From: Naegleria gruberi
Lineage: Eukaryota
Length of the DNA: 64,000 nucleotides
NCBI GenBank assembly: GCA_000004985.1
Contig: GG738878.1
Strand: one strand, 5' to 3'
Shown: in pieces, positions 42,496-53,500 of the stretch
Layout: every line of letters begins with the position of its first letter
Numbering within the stretch: the stretch's first letter is position 1
The notes under the pieces: model-generated
Seen by the model: only the letters and a program-made list of their open reading frames with translations
Databases searched by the model: none
Told to the model about the DNA's origin: nothing
Program-made: the position numbers and the translations under genes

Positions 42496-44696
42496 ATGTC
42501 CATCGAACAAGAAAAACCAACCTCATCATCCACAACATCAACTACATCAACAACAGATGAGAAGGACACCAATATGATGATGATCACGAGTACTACTAAC
42601 AGTGATGGTGGAGCAGCCTCTACAATAGCTTCTAATACTCCAGTCAAGGCTGAGTCATCATCAGCTGCTCCACAAACAAAGAAGAAGGCTTTGATTGAAA
42701 AGCTTAGAAAGACAGTAAGCAATACTGAAAATATTGTTGCTGCTGCTTCTACACCAACTTCATCCAAGAAAGCCCCTTCCACAACCATCTTTACTCCAAC
42801 TGTGGAACCACCTTCTCTCTCTATTAATACCAACACTGCTACTACTGGTGTAGCTGCAACAACAATTGGTGCCTCTTCTTCCACATCCAACAACACCACT
42901 CCTACCCAAAATTCTACAACCAATACTACTCATCCAAACACTACATCAACTACAGAACCAATCACTCCAACAAGATCCAAGAGAACTCGTAGACCAAACA
43001 AACTGTTAAATGATGAAGAAATTCCAAGCCTTCCAGAAAGTATACAGAAAAAGCTCCAAAAGCTAATGGGTATTGTTAAGAAACACAAATGGTCTTGGCC
43101 ATTCAATAATCCTGTTGATCCTGTACAATTGCAAATTCCTGATTACTTTGATGTAATTAAAAATCCAATGGATTTGGGAACTGTTGAAAAGAAGGTTAAC
43201 AATAATGAATATATGGATGTCTACCAATTCTTGGACGATGTTAGAGTTATTTGGTCGAACTGCTACTTGTACAACCCTGTTGATAGTGACATTTACAAGA
43301 TGGCCAAGGAAGTGGAAAAGTATTTCAATGAAAAGTATGTCAAAACTGTTGGTGAAGTTAGTTATGATACAACAACAACTGTTCAAGAAGAGGTTACATC
43401 ACCATCAGCCCAATCCAGTACCATTACAACCCCAGCAAGCACACCATCAACAAGTAAGAATAAGAAATCGAACGGAACAACATCATCAACTAAAGGAAGA
43501 AAGAAAAAGACATCCGAAACTGAAACCAATCTAGACTTAATGATTGAGACACCAATTAAGGAACAAGTAACAACACCATCAACCACCTCAAAATCTAAAG
43601 CATCATCAACCAAAAAAACTACAACAAACAAGAAAACAAAACCTAAGACAATGTCCTATAATCAAAAGAAGGAACTCAGTACAAATATTGGTTCTTTGGA
43701 AGGTGACAAATTAGCTGAAGTGGTTCGAATTATTCAAAGTAAAGCACCATCAGCTTCCAGCAAATCTGAAACTGAAATTGAAATTGATTTAGATAAATTG
43801 GATGATGCTACATTATTTGAATTAGAAGCATTCGTGGAAAAGAATCTTCCTAAAGAGAAGAATAAGAAAAAAACATCTTCAAAGCCTGCACCAAAGAAGA
43901 AGAGAAAGACTTCCCCTGTAAAGGAAAAGAAATCAAACAAGAAACCAAAAAAGGAAGAAAAAGTTAGTGACTCGGAATCTACTGCTACAGATAATAGTGG
44001 ATCAGAATCAAGTGCCACAGAATCAGACTCTTCCGACTCTGACTCTTCAAGTGGATCTGATTCTGATGATGATACTATCATGAAGACCATGACAAATCCT
44101 GTGCCACCAACTGTTCAAGAGATTCCAAAATCAATTCCTGAAGGTAAGTTTAATCTTTATTTTTCACGTTCATAAGGTATAGTTTAGTAGCTCAAAAACC
44201 ATTACTTCCTAACATTCAAACAACCAACATTAATACTCCAAACTCTGTGAATAATAACACTATTAATACCCCAACCAATTTATTACCACCAACTCCTACT
44301 TCTTCTAGACCTCCTGCCAATATTATCCCAACAAAGAAACAAGTTGATACAGTAAAAGTTGATGAATTAAGCTGGACAAGTTTATTGGACGATGATGATA
44401 AGAAGAAACAACAATCTTCAACAAGTTCTGGATCTAGTATGGACACATCTGATGATCATACCAGTTCAAAATGGACCATTTTCCAACAGCAACAAAAGAG
44501 ACAAAACGAATTGGAGGAAAAGATGAAACTTATCAGAGAACAAAAAGAAGAAGAACGTAGACAACAATCCATGCATGCCTCTCACATACATATGAATGAA
44601 AGAGAATTGGCAAAGAGACAACGAGAAGAGGAGAGACAACACAAGATGCACGAAGATTTGGATCCAGAGGCCTTTGAAAAGGAGTATTTTAATTAA
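42496..44696 (+). CDS. BET-family bromodomain protein (bromodomain plus ET/NET domain), exons 42496..44143 and 44188..44696; intron 44144..44187 (44 nt, GTAAGT...TTTAG)
   Basis: Bromodomain: WPFNNPVDPVQLQIPDYFDVIKNPMDLGTVEKKVNNNEYMDVYQFLDDVRVIWSNCYLYNPVDSDIYKMA. ET domain: YNQKKELSTNIGSLEGDKLAEVVRIIQ...EIEIDLDKLDDATLFELEAFV. K/S-rich linkers. The second exon is the ORF-track call 44247-44696 (GTG start), joined in phase 1. Confidence 0.8.
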
Positions 44697-44802
44697 ATTT
44701 AATTTTTTTAATGTCAATTCACAAATTTTCATATCTTAGATCAAGTGAAATCACATACTTTTTCATTTATTGACATGTGCTTCTGGCTAGTTAGATATTC
44801 TT

Positions 44803-45134
44803 TTACTCTCCTCTATGGTCATTTTTAATGAACTGGATAAAAGTCATGTTGATCATTGAGGATTGACTAATGTATCCAATCACGTTGTCATTGAGGTACT
44901 TATTTCTAAGGTTAAGTTTTTCCAGTAAACTCAAATCCTTGATTTGATTAGCGTCAATGTCATCAATATTATTGGACTCAAGATGTTTTAATTTTTTCAA
45001 TTGATTAATATGTGGTTTTAAAGAATCTGCGAACTCCTTATATTAAGGAATTGTAAATTGGTGAAATTATAGGCATCTAAACTGATGTTGATGCATCTAA
45101 AGGCTTCCAAACTTTCGTCCAGGATTGTCTTCAT
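44803..45134 (-). pseudogene. LRR-like ORF pair with an internal frame break (MKTILDESLEAFRCINISLDAYNFTNLQFLNIRSSQIL* then ...LKKLKHLESNNIDDIDANQIKDLSLLEKLNLRNKYLNDNVIGYI...)
   Basis: Two adjacent frames both read as leucine-rich-repeat sequence. A frameshift, a sequencing error or a missed micro-intron is implied. May be a 3' exon of the 45222-45866 gene (GTAAGA donor at its last codons). Confidence 0.3.
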
Positions 45135-45221
45135 TGACTTCCTCTAATTCTGGTTTGGGTAGCTCTTATCCATTATTTGTTTTTATATTCCATTGAAAGA
45201 ATTCAAGATGAAGGAAACAAT

Positions 45222-45866
45222 TCAATAATCTTTAATATTTTTACTCTTTCTTACAAAATGAAAAAATTCTATTGAAAATATCGAAATTCTCCAAGCATGC
45301 ATTTTGAAAAACTTGCTCAAATGCTTATTTTCCTTAAATAATTTCTTATAGTCATCTCTCTCTAAAACTAGTCGGTATACCTTTTCTGGATATTTACTTT
45401 CGAATAATGGACAATAATAGTTGAATATTTCATCTCGATTGTTGAATGCGTTCAGAATAACATAGTTTTGGGATTCCCACTCGACTTTGTATTCTTCAAG
45501 ACTGCCAGTGATAATATCCAGATACTTTTCAGAGATATCATTTTCCAAGATTAGGTTAAATGTTGAAATGTTATTCGAAACCTGTGGCACAGTGTATTTC
45601 TTTTTGGATGCAACAGCAACACTGATCCCTACCACCTCCAATTTTCGTTTCTTCTTCAATGTTTCATTTTCCTGCAATAATCGACATATTTCCCTTTCTT
45701 GCATGTTTAGTTGACTTTCCAATGACATAATTTTTGAACTCAGCATTCCAGCTTGATTAATGGAATTGTAAACATTCCCACTCTCCATTGTTGATCTGCT
45801 CCAATTTGACATTTCTTCTACCACACATGCGTTTACTCTTCTTTCTTCTATTGTATTACTTGTCAT
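45222..45866 (-). CDS. hypothetical coiled-coil protein (214 aa); 5' extent uncertain (frame open about 70 codons upstream without ATG)
   Basis: ATG at 45866. The upstream in-frame T/S/N/H-rich stretch suggests a possible further 5' exon. Confidence 0.4.
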   Translation of the reverse strand: MTSNTIEERRVNACVVEEMSNWSRSTMESGNVYNSINQAGMLSSKIMSLESQLNMQEREICRLLQENETLKKKRKLEVVGISVAVASKKKYTVPQVSNNISTFNLILENDISEKYLDIITGSLEEYKVEWESQNYVILNAFNNRDEIFNYYCPLFESKYPEKVYRLVLERDDYKKLFKENKHLSKFFKMHAWRISIFSIEFFHFVRKSKNIKDY

Positions 45867-46447
45867 ACATGAATTGTTAGGATGTAATACAGTAATTCTC
45901 GTTGTTGCATTGATTGTTGTTGCATGTGGTGAAGGTGTTGGTGTTGTAGATGAATGTTGTACTGTTGTAGTTGTGACATTCGAATGATTATTAGAAATAT
46001 TCGAAATGTGTTGATGAGAAGAGAGTGTCCCATCAACAAACTCTTGAAAACTGGGAAGAGCAAAGATTTTCTCTGCATGTTTTCAAATTTGTTGTTGATA
46101 CAGCATGTTGTTATCTTTTGATTTTTTTGACTTGGACATTGTTGCATTTCGACCAAAAGAGAAACCAACAACCAGAAACCAGAATGTATTCGAAATTGCA
46201 CGGAGATTGATAACAATTATGTCGGGTGGATTAATATTTCGGCTTTTACCAATCCGATATTCCAAATTAAAAAGACCTCTCTAAAATATTTCCAAAACCT
46301 CAATGAAATATAGTTGTGATGATTATAGTAGGCACGGTCTGTTACAAAGCTCATTGATACCTTCCTTTTCTTGACAAGTTGTTGACAATGTTTATTAATC
46401 CGCATTGTGTTGTGTTGATTTTCATGAACATTGTGGGATTACATGGA

Positions 46448-48097
46448 TTATTTAAGAAGCTTTTGAGTTTCGAAAAAGTTACCATGGAAACCAAAAGGTA
46501 CTCTTCTTGGTAGCTCAATATTCACTAATGGTGTGTTATTCATTGTCTTTCCATCGAATACAAACACTGTGGAAGAATTGGAATGTTCATGGTAGGCATA
46601 ACATACAATGTAGACATCATCCTCTTCTTCAGATCTTGGTATGATTGAAACTTCTCCAATCATTCCATTGTTTGGAATGGTAATTGTTTGGAATGCATTT
46701 CCTTTTTCCAAATCAACTTTGGCAATTGAATTGGCAACGAATAGTTCTGATTTTTCAACTACTAAACTGTAGTAGAAAAATCTATTCTTTTGACCAGTGA
46801 TTTCTCCTCTTACGACAGGGAACTCTCCAGAGGGTAATTGATTTCCGTCGAGGGTTTTTAAGAAACCTTCTGAAATTAACTTGCCACTTGTTAAGTTCAG
46901 AGTGTATTCATATGGGAATGGTTGCCCTTTTGAAAAATCAGTCATTGAGAATGATTTTTGAACGTGAACCAATATCTTAATCAATAAATCATCACCCTCT
47001 CTTTCTTCATAAGCATTAATATAGTGAAAGGCAACACCAGTTTCAGCTTCAAAGAATTGTATCTTGCTCGACTTGCCATCGTACAATCTTGGGAAGACAG
47101 CAATCTTGGTTGGTTTGGTATCATCGAATACGATTGGATTTTCACCAGTTAGAACCTTCTTGACATCCAAAATCAATGGATAAAATCCAACAATTGAATA
47201 ATTTTCAGTAATGACCATATCATGAATCATGCAAACGTATGGAGTTTCTTCCTTGGTGAACTCATGTGAATGAATAATATCAAGATTCTTATCAGTGACA
47301 CCATATCTGAAAGAGGTTCCTCTAGGATTCAATTCATATCCAAAGAAAATCATCTCTCCATTTCTTGGATCAATTTTTGGATGAGCAGTGAAATTATGTT
47401 TCAATTTTCCTTTAAAATCAAACTCTCCAACTGTTTTCAAATCTGGGAATGTAACTTCCATTGGTTTGTGTCCTTCTTCGAGTGCCAGGAATTTACCACC
47501 ATGATAAATGATATTAGTATTTGCAGCACCACCTCCCTTCTTAAGTGGTCCATTCAATCCTCTATACATTCTCTCGTACAAGTAATGATAGGTATATTTG
47601 AGAAGTGGATTAATGCCACCATCCATGATCATACTATGAGCGAGAGGTCTTCCATTCTCCTTCTCTTGCAAGTACTTTTCAGTTTGGACGAATCTATTTC
47701 GATACGAACAATTTCCATCCTTGAATTCAAGTGCATGAATATGACCATCACCTTCAAACCAATGCAAATTATAGAGTGGATTAAATTGTGGATTTGGTCC
47801 AATTCTTGCATAAATTCCATTCAAATCCTTTGGAATTTCACCACTAATAATCGGAAGCTTTGTGATGGTCAATTCATCATGAATCGGAGCAAAATTACCA
47901 TTCATTATTGGATTGTTTTTAATACCGCTCTCATAGGCTTGATTCTTATAATTGGAGAAGAGGAAATACTTGAAAACTCCCTTGATCCACAATAGGACGC
48001 CATTTAAAACTGTCCAGCAGAGGATTAACAAGTATCGTAGTTGATCAATTAGAGAATTTTTGGCGGGAGAAGTTGGTTGATCATTGGATGAAGCCAT
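46448..48097 (-). CDS. carotenoid cleavage oxygenase (RPE65/CCD family) with N-terminal membrane anchor (549 aa)
   Basis: ATG in A-rich context. Family landmarks: GNFAPIHDE, HWFEGDGHIHALEF, FTAHPKIDPRNGE, MIHDMVITENYSIV, FHYINAYEE, FGFHGNFF (all four iron-ligand His contexts). A hydrophobic helix LILCWTVLNGVLLWIKGVF sits near the N-terminus. Confidence 0.85.
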   Translation of the reverse strand: MASSNDQPTSPAKNSLIDQLRYLLILCWTVLNGVLLWIKGVFKYFLFSNYKNQAYESGIKNNPIMNGNFAPIHDELTITKLPIISGEIPKDLNGIYARIGPNPQFNPLYNLHWFEGDGHIHALEFKDGNCSYRNRFVQTEKYLQEKENGRPLAHSMIMDGGINPLLKYTYHYLYERMYRGLNGPLKKGGGAANTNIIYHGGKFLALEEGHKPMEVTFPDLKTVGEFDFKGKLKHNFTAHPKIDPRNGEMIFFGYELNPRGTSFRYGVTDKNLDIIHSHEFTKEETPYVCMIHDMVITENYSIVGFYPLILDVKKVLTGENPIVFDDTKPTKIAVFPRLYDGKSSKIQFFEAETGVAFHYINAYEEREGDDLLIKILVHVQKSFSMTDFSKGQPFPYEYTLNLTSGKLISEGFLKTLDGNQLPSGEFPVVRGEITGQKNRFFYYSLVVEKSELFVANSIAKVDLEKGNAFQTITIPNNGMIGEVSIIPRSEEEDDVYIVCYAYHEHSNSSTVFVFDGKTMNNTPLVNIELPRRVPFGFHGNFFETQKLLK

Positions 48098-48123
48098 TTT
48101 TTTTCAAGATGAAAAATTGATTT

Positions 48124-48191
48124 TTACAATGACATTTCAAATTAGGAGAATTTGAGTTCAATTTAATTGAGAATAGTTAAGAATCGAATAG
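48124..48191. repeat. bipartite repeated motif, copy 1 (ttacaatgacatttcaaattaggagaattt ... ttaagaatcgaatag); copy 2 at about 49004..49061
   Basis: Copy 2 reads ttacaatgaattttcaaataggagattttt ... ttaagaatcgaatag: about 30/33 identity in block 1 and 14/14 in block 2, with a variable 15-24 nt spacer. Both copies are intergenic. Confidence 0.55.
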
Positions 48192-48316
48192 AATATTAAA
48201 TTGCAAAATATTAAATTTTGTGATAGTATTTACTACAAGTATTCTATTGTAAAAGTTGGAATGCATAAATTCAGAAGATGTCAGCAGTCACAATGCTTTA
48301 TTAAAAAATTAAAAAT

Positions 48317-48877
48317 ATGACAAGAACCACTGAGGAGGACTGTGAATCCCAACAGCCAATCCAACAAAACACCACCACTCCAAGAAAAACACCTCTCTTC
48401 GATTTATTATATCCCATTCTCTTACAATTGTGGAATTCCTTCCATTCGGCCAATCAAAGCATCTCTGAATTTAACATTAATGCATGGACACAGGGATACA
48501 TTGATAAATTCGACTCTCTTGTGGGTATTGATAACGTTACCAACATGTTCAATTTGAGAATAATCTGCATGATTTTCTTATTGTTCTGTGCAAGTCTTTC
48601 TGATAATGCATCGTCATCACTCTCCACAGAGCTCATTGTTGGATTCTTGACTGCTGGTTTGGGATTTTATGCGAGAATTTTCTCAGATCCACTTGGAATG
48701 TTAATGTTCAGCATTTTGAATTTGTGTCTCTTTTTGCGTTGCACTTCTTGGATTGAAGATAAGCAGACTGCTCTGATTTTAATGACTCCCTTCTTGTTTA
48801 TGAATCAAATTCGTTCGGTAGTTTGTGTGTTTAAATATGGAAAGGAAAAGATCAATAGTGGTTTAAAGGAAAATTAG
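48317..48877 (+). CDS. hypothetical small membrane protein (186 aa, 3-4 TM)
   Basis: ATG start, hydrophobic segments. Flanked by two copies of a bipartite repeat motif. Confidence 0.4.
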   Translation: MTRTTEEDCESQQPIQQNTTTPRKTPLFDLLYPILLQLWNSFHSANQSISEFNINAWTQGYIDKFDSLVGIDNVTNMFNLRIICMIFLLFCASLSDNASSSLSTELIVGFLTAGLGFYARIFSDPLGMLMFSILNLCLFLRCTSWIEDKQTALILMTPFLFMNQIRSVVCVFKYGKEKINSGLKEN

Positions 48878-49382
48878 AATATTTTGAGTTAAATGTTGTG
48901 TAATTAGTATGAGAATATTTAGGTGAAACGAAAGTAAACTATTCCTATTCCTCACTTGATACGCGTTTCGAATATTGTTTTTTTGTAAATGATGAAATAT
49001 TTGTTACAATGAATTTTCAAATAGGAGATTTTTCTTGGAATAATCTTTAAGAATCGAATAGTTTATAAATAACCAATTTTAAATTGGTAGAAACCTTATT
49101 GGATATTGGAAAACATCTGAAATAATATCTTTAAAGAATGGGTAATACACTTGATTGAAATTCCTTTCTTCATTCCTTCTCTAATTAATTCCTTCCATTA
49201 GAGTGCTGTGAATATTGGATTTTCCTCACAAATTGATGACTTTGAGTATTATTAGATATGTGGCCAACAGCCTACTACTTATTGAAGAAGTTGTTTAGTA
49301 TTTAAATTCTGCATTTCTTCCACTTTCGAATAAAAACAAATAAACCGTTACGAAAGTAACTATCACAGACACATTAAAAAAA

Positions 49383-51544
49383 ATGCCCTTCGCATGGCTC
49401 AAACGAGGTAGCGGCCAAGAGGAAATAGATTTGGAAGATGTTCCTCTGAATCAGTGGTCTTCCAAACAGTTGACCAAATTTCTCAAGCAACACAAAAAGA
49501 AGATTGAATTGGAAAATAAGGATATTACCAGTATGTTTCAACAATAGCGAAATATCTAAATAGTAACAATTTTTTATTCACCATAATATTATAATGTCAT
49601 CATGATGATGAATTTTTATTATTATGTTCCGTGATGACGACAATGATGATGCTAACCACACCACGAACAACAATAACAAAAAAACGCGCCAATTCTATAT
49701 CTACTACTAACTACGATAATGATGATGATCAAACTCTAATTATTGCAAATTAACCGATTAATAATAATAACAATAACAAATATGATAATAATAACAATAC
49801 TATATGATAATAACAAAATAACAAAAAAGAATTGAGAGAAGAAAGATGGAATGGTTTATCCATGTTAAGTGCCAAAGTTGAAGATTTGGAAAAGTTGGGT
49901 CTTGCAAGTGGATCCGCGCATGCACTCTATACAACAATTCATGAAGTTATCAATAGTCAAGTACAACGAAATCTTCTCAACTTGAGTAATAATAGAATTT
50001 CCGTTAATATCAATACAGCATCATCGGATATATCAACAAGTGATTCTAATATTGGTTCATCATCATCAGCTGGTCATTCTCTAACGATAATTTCAAATGG
50101 AGGAGGTAGTGGAGAGGGAAAACATAGTTCTCTAGAATTTTCAAGTTCATCACCTGGAACATCAGTCAACCAACACCAACTCAATTATATTCAAACTATT
50201 ATTCAAAAACAACAGGGTAAATTGTCTGTACCAAACTTGAAAGATGAACAAATTGAAACATCTGGTGCAGTCACAACAAAAACTGGAGCAGATTTGGCTG
50301 CTATTCCTGCAGAAGATGATATTCGATTGGCACACGATTTGAATAATCCAGGAGAACTTGTTGAAGTTTCTCATGGTAGAAAGTCAGCAGGTGGTGGATT
50401 ACAAATTCTCACCCTTGCTTCATCTTCTACAAGTAATGCCAGTTCTCTTGAATCTGCTGTGAAGGATTGCCCTGCTTGGAAAGTTGATCAACTAACAGCT
50501 CAGCAAACTCAAGCTTTTGAAAATGCTGTTGAAAAGGTACAGAGCTTGAAGTATCCAATCAAACCTGAACTTATTGATGTTTTAGCTCAAGACTTGGTTA
50601 TTGTTGATAGATTCAAGTATAAATTCTTGAACCCAGACCGTTTAAAGCAAAGAGGAGATGGTGGTAGACATGATACTTTCCTCAAGATTAAACTTGTCAT
50701 TACCGAAATGGATACAGAAGTTTTCCACAGAATTTGCAGACGTTTTGCTAATACCTTCTCTACAACTGTTAGAAATAGTAGATGGGGTATGTTCCACACT
50801 GCCTTGATCATTGGTCCATGGTATTTGGAATGGAATGACAGTTCTCTTTCAACTGTTAGAAAGAAGAGTAGTAGTAAGGCAGTTTTTGCTGTTGATATTG
50901 CTAAAATTGAAGGACAAAGAGAAGTTAACGAAGTTATTGATTCTGTTGCTCAATTATGTACAGTATGGAACGGATACAAGCTTTATGAAAATGACTCATG
51001 TAACTGTCAACATTTTGTTATTGACATGTTAGAATATTTGGGATTGGGTGATTCTTTTGAAAATGTTTTGGAAAGATTCCCACCACTCAAGGAATACATT
51101 AACAAACTTAAGAAACGAGGTGTTTGCGATATGGCTTACTATGTAGATGATAGAATTGCTAAAGCCATCAAGGAATCTACACAAACAAGTAGAGCTTTGA
51201 AAGAACTTGTCAAGAATAAGAAGGTTACCTTTGCATCTCACAAACTTTTGGATGAATTTGTGAGTTTTATCATGCAAAACTTCCCACTCTTCATAACGAA
51301 TCGTCAACAAGAGTATGAACTTTTGAAAGCCTTTGATCGTGCTTTTTGGTTGAGAAGTCAATCTTCACAAACTGAAGATGATGAAACTGTGCAACCTATG
51401 GTTGATATGCACACTCAAGAATGCAAATGTCCTTTCAATAAGAATAATCAACCAATAACTGAAGTTAACAATTCTATTGTTGGTATTGACTATGATGTTG
51501 GTAATTATACAACTCATTTCCCTAAGCCTAGTGTTAACGCTTAA
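49383..51544 (+). CDS. SAM-domain plus LRAT/NlpC-P60-like (H-rev107-type) domain protein, exons 49383..49530 and 49830..51544; intron 49531..49829 (299 nt, GTATGT...AAAAAG, microsatellite-rich)
   Basis: The SAM fold is split by the intron (WSSKQLTKFLKQHKKKIELENKDIT|KLREERWNGLSMLSAKVEDLEKLGLASGSAHALYTTI). C-terminal region carries FHTALIIGPWYLEW and CNCQHFVIDMLEYLG, matching the LRAT-family His box and NCEHF Cys box. The ORF-track call 49832-51544 starts at TTG. Confidence 0.55.
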
Positions 51545-51608
51545 TTGTAAATAATTTTCTAAATTTAATTTATTTTGTTAATAAATGTGATGTTACTGAT
51601 CTAACCTT

Positions 51609-53114
51609 TTAATAGAAACAATCATATACATCTGAAAGGGCATTAACTTTAACATCTTTCCAATGTTGAACAAAATCCTCGATACACATGTAAAAGATAC
51701 CATCATCTCTGAATTCAACATTCAAACGCTTAATGAGGTATGGTGTCCAATCCGAAGAATTGTCTGAATATCTTCCCTTCCACTCTAACGATGCCATAGA
51801 GCTTTGAATTTGTTGTTTTGTCATGTCGCTGCCAGCAAATCCCCTATTGAATTGTAAATAAAGTTATCAAAATTAAGATGAACAAACTTACCAAGGATTC
51901 ATAATTTTAACAAGACGGTGAACCTTTTGCTCATCCTCAACCTTTACAACCTCCAGTACAGCATATGCATGGTATTCCTTGATTCCACTTGTTTTCTCAG
52001 TTTCTGCATAGTTCTGAGGAGAGTAAACAAAGATTGTGTTGCCTGCCTTGTTGAAGTCGACCAGTTTTTTCCAAATTTCTAACGGGTTACTTGTTGGTGT
52101 AACAACTAGGCCTGGTAAAGGTCTAGCTCCACAAAGAGTTGCTGTTGCAAAATCCGATTGACCTCCATGCCCAATAGCTTTGTATCCTCCATATAATTTG
52201 GCAAATGCTTTCTCCAAAAGTGGAACCCAAAATTCATTAACTGTTGATGACCTAGAACATAATAACTTTCCATTTCCTCCAAATGGGAGTCTATCGTCGA
52301 TAGTAACCAGTGTTTCCTTTCCATCCTTATAGAGACGTAAAACATGTTTTCCCTTCTTCATATCACTCTCCACAAAAATATTCTTAATAATTCTTGGGCA
52401 TTTGTAGGCCAAATTAATGACAGCTGCCAAAAAGTAGCACGTTCCAATAGAAGACTGCCTAATATCAAGAACATCAATGCCATCGAAAAACAATTGAGGA
52501 TCGTCAGCAATTTCGCACGGACGTAACCATGCAGAAATCTTTTCACTGAAATCCCAATCTTGTTTGAATTCAGTGTCGAAAAACATTGTGCTTGTATTTG
52601 CTCTCTTTTGTCTTTCAACCATTTCCTTACTTGGATTGAAAATTCCATGCAATGCACAGTAATAATCCTTCAAGAGTTTTAAATATTGGTACAATTTTCC
52701 ATATTTCTGGAAGCAATCAATAAGGGTTTTAACTGGAGTTTCATAACTTGGCGTCACTGGCAAATTTTTGCATTCCTGAATCAGTTGATCAACAGTCAAA
52801 TTCAAAAAGTCTGGTACATTTGGTGTATTCACCCATTCGGATCTGACTTTTAATTCCTTATCTAAAATATCGCAGTGACTTGGATACCAACCACTTAATC
52901 CACTCTGAAAATCCGAATCTGTCTTCTTTACATAATTCATATAAAAATCAACATGTGGTGGTTTTGCCAAACCAATACCATTATCCAAAGCCTTTTCCCA
53001 CTTTACTATTGTATCTAATGTTTTTGTAAATTGAGGAGAGACTCCATCTAATTTCCCATACTTTTCCTTAAACTCTTGTAGTGTTTTCTTAATACTATAT
53101 TCCGAGACAGACAT
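51609..53114 (-). CDS. calpain-like cysteine protease (peptidase C2), exons 53114..51892 and 51843..51609; intron 51891..51844 (48 nt, GTAAGT...CAATAG)
   Basis: Catalytic Cys in QSSIGTCYFLAAVINLA, His in EYHAYAVL, Asn in IMNPW|G. The junction is phase 2 and joins to GFAGSD...LEWKGRYSDNSSDW...DGIFYMCIEDF (domain IIb). The ORF-track call 51609-51824 is the second exon. Confidence 0.85.
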
Positions 53115-53216
53115 GATGATTTTTGATTTTAATAAAAATACAAAACAGAAGTAAAGTTCAAGCCTTTTTTTTTTAATTTTTTCAAGTTCAATTCGTTAAT
53201 TACAGTTATTATTCAA

Positions 53217-53230
53217 TTTTTGGCGCCAAA
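53217..53230. promoter_or_regulatory. perfect palindromic E2F-type site TTTTGGCGCCAAAA in the divergent promoter between the calpain-like gene and the amino-acid transporter gene; a second weaker cTTCGCGC at about 53334-53341
   Basis: Exact 14-nt palindrome; matches TTTSSCGC on both strands. Confidence 0.4.
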
Positions 53231-53500
53231 ACCACCCAAGTTACTTTTATCCAACCGTAAATTACTATAAATTATTAATACAATACCAATACTTTACAAT
53301 AAATTATTGATCGGGATTATAATACTGATAAATCTTCGCGCATTTTTCAAAAAGGAAACCAAAAACGAATCCAAAAAAAACAAAAACACAATACTTTCCT
53401 TTCACCATATCATCATCCACAACAAACTCAATCATCATTAAATAATATTATTTATCTATTTAATAATAATAACAAATGAGAAGGGGAAGTATTCATTCTG

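Noticed and set aside
45863-46265. ORFs 45863-46216 and 46083-46265 (Q/H-rich) upstream of the 45222-45866 gene
   Set aside because: Low-complexity translations in frames other than the downstream gene; likely 5'UTR or possible upstream exon region, not independent genes.
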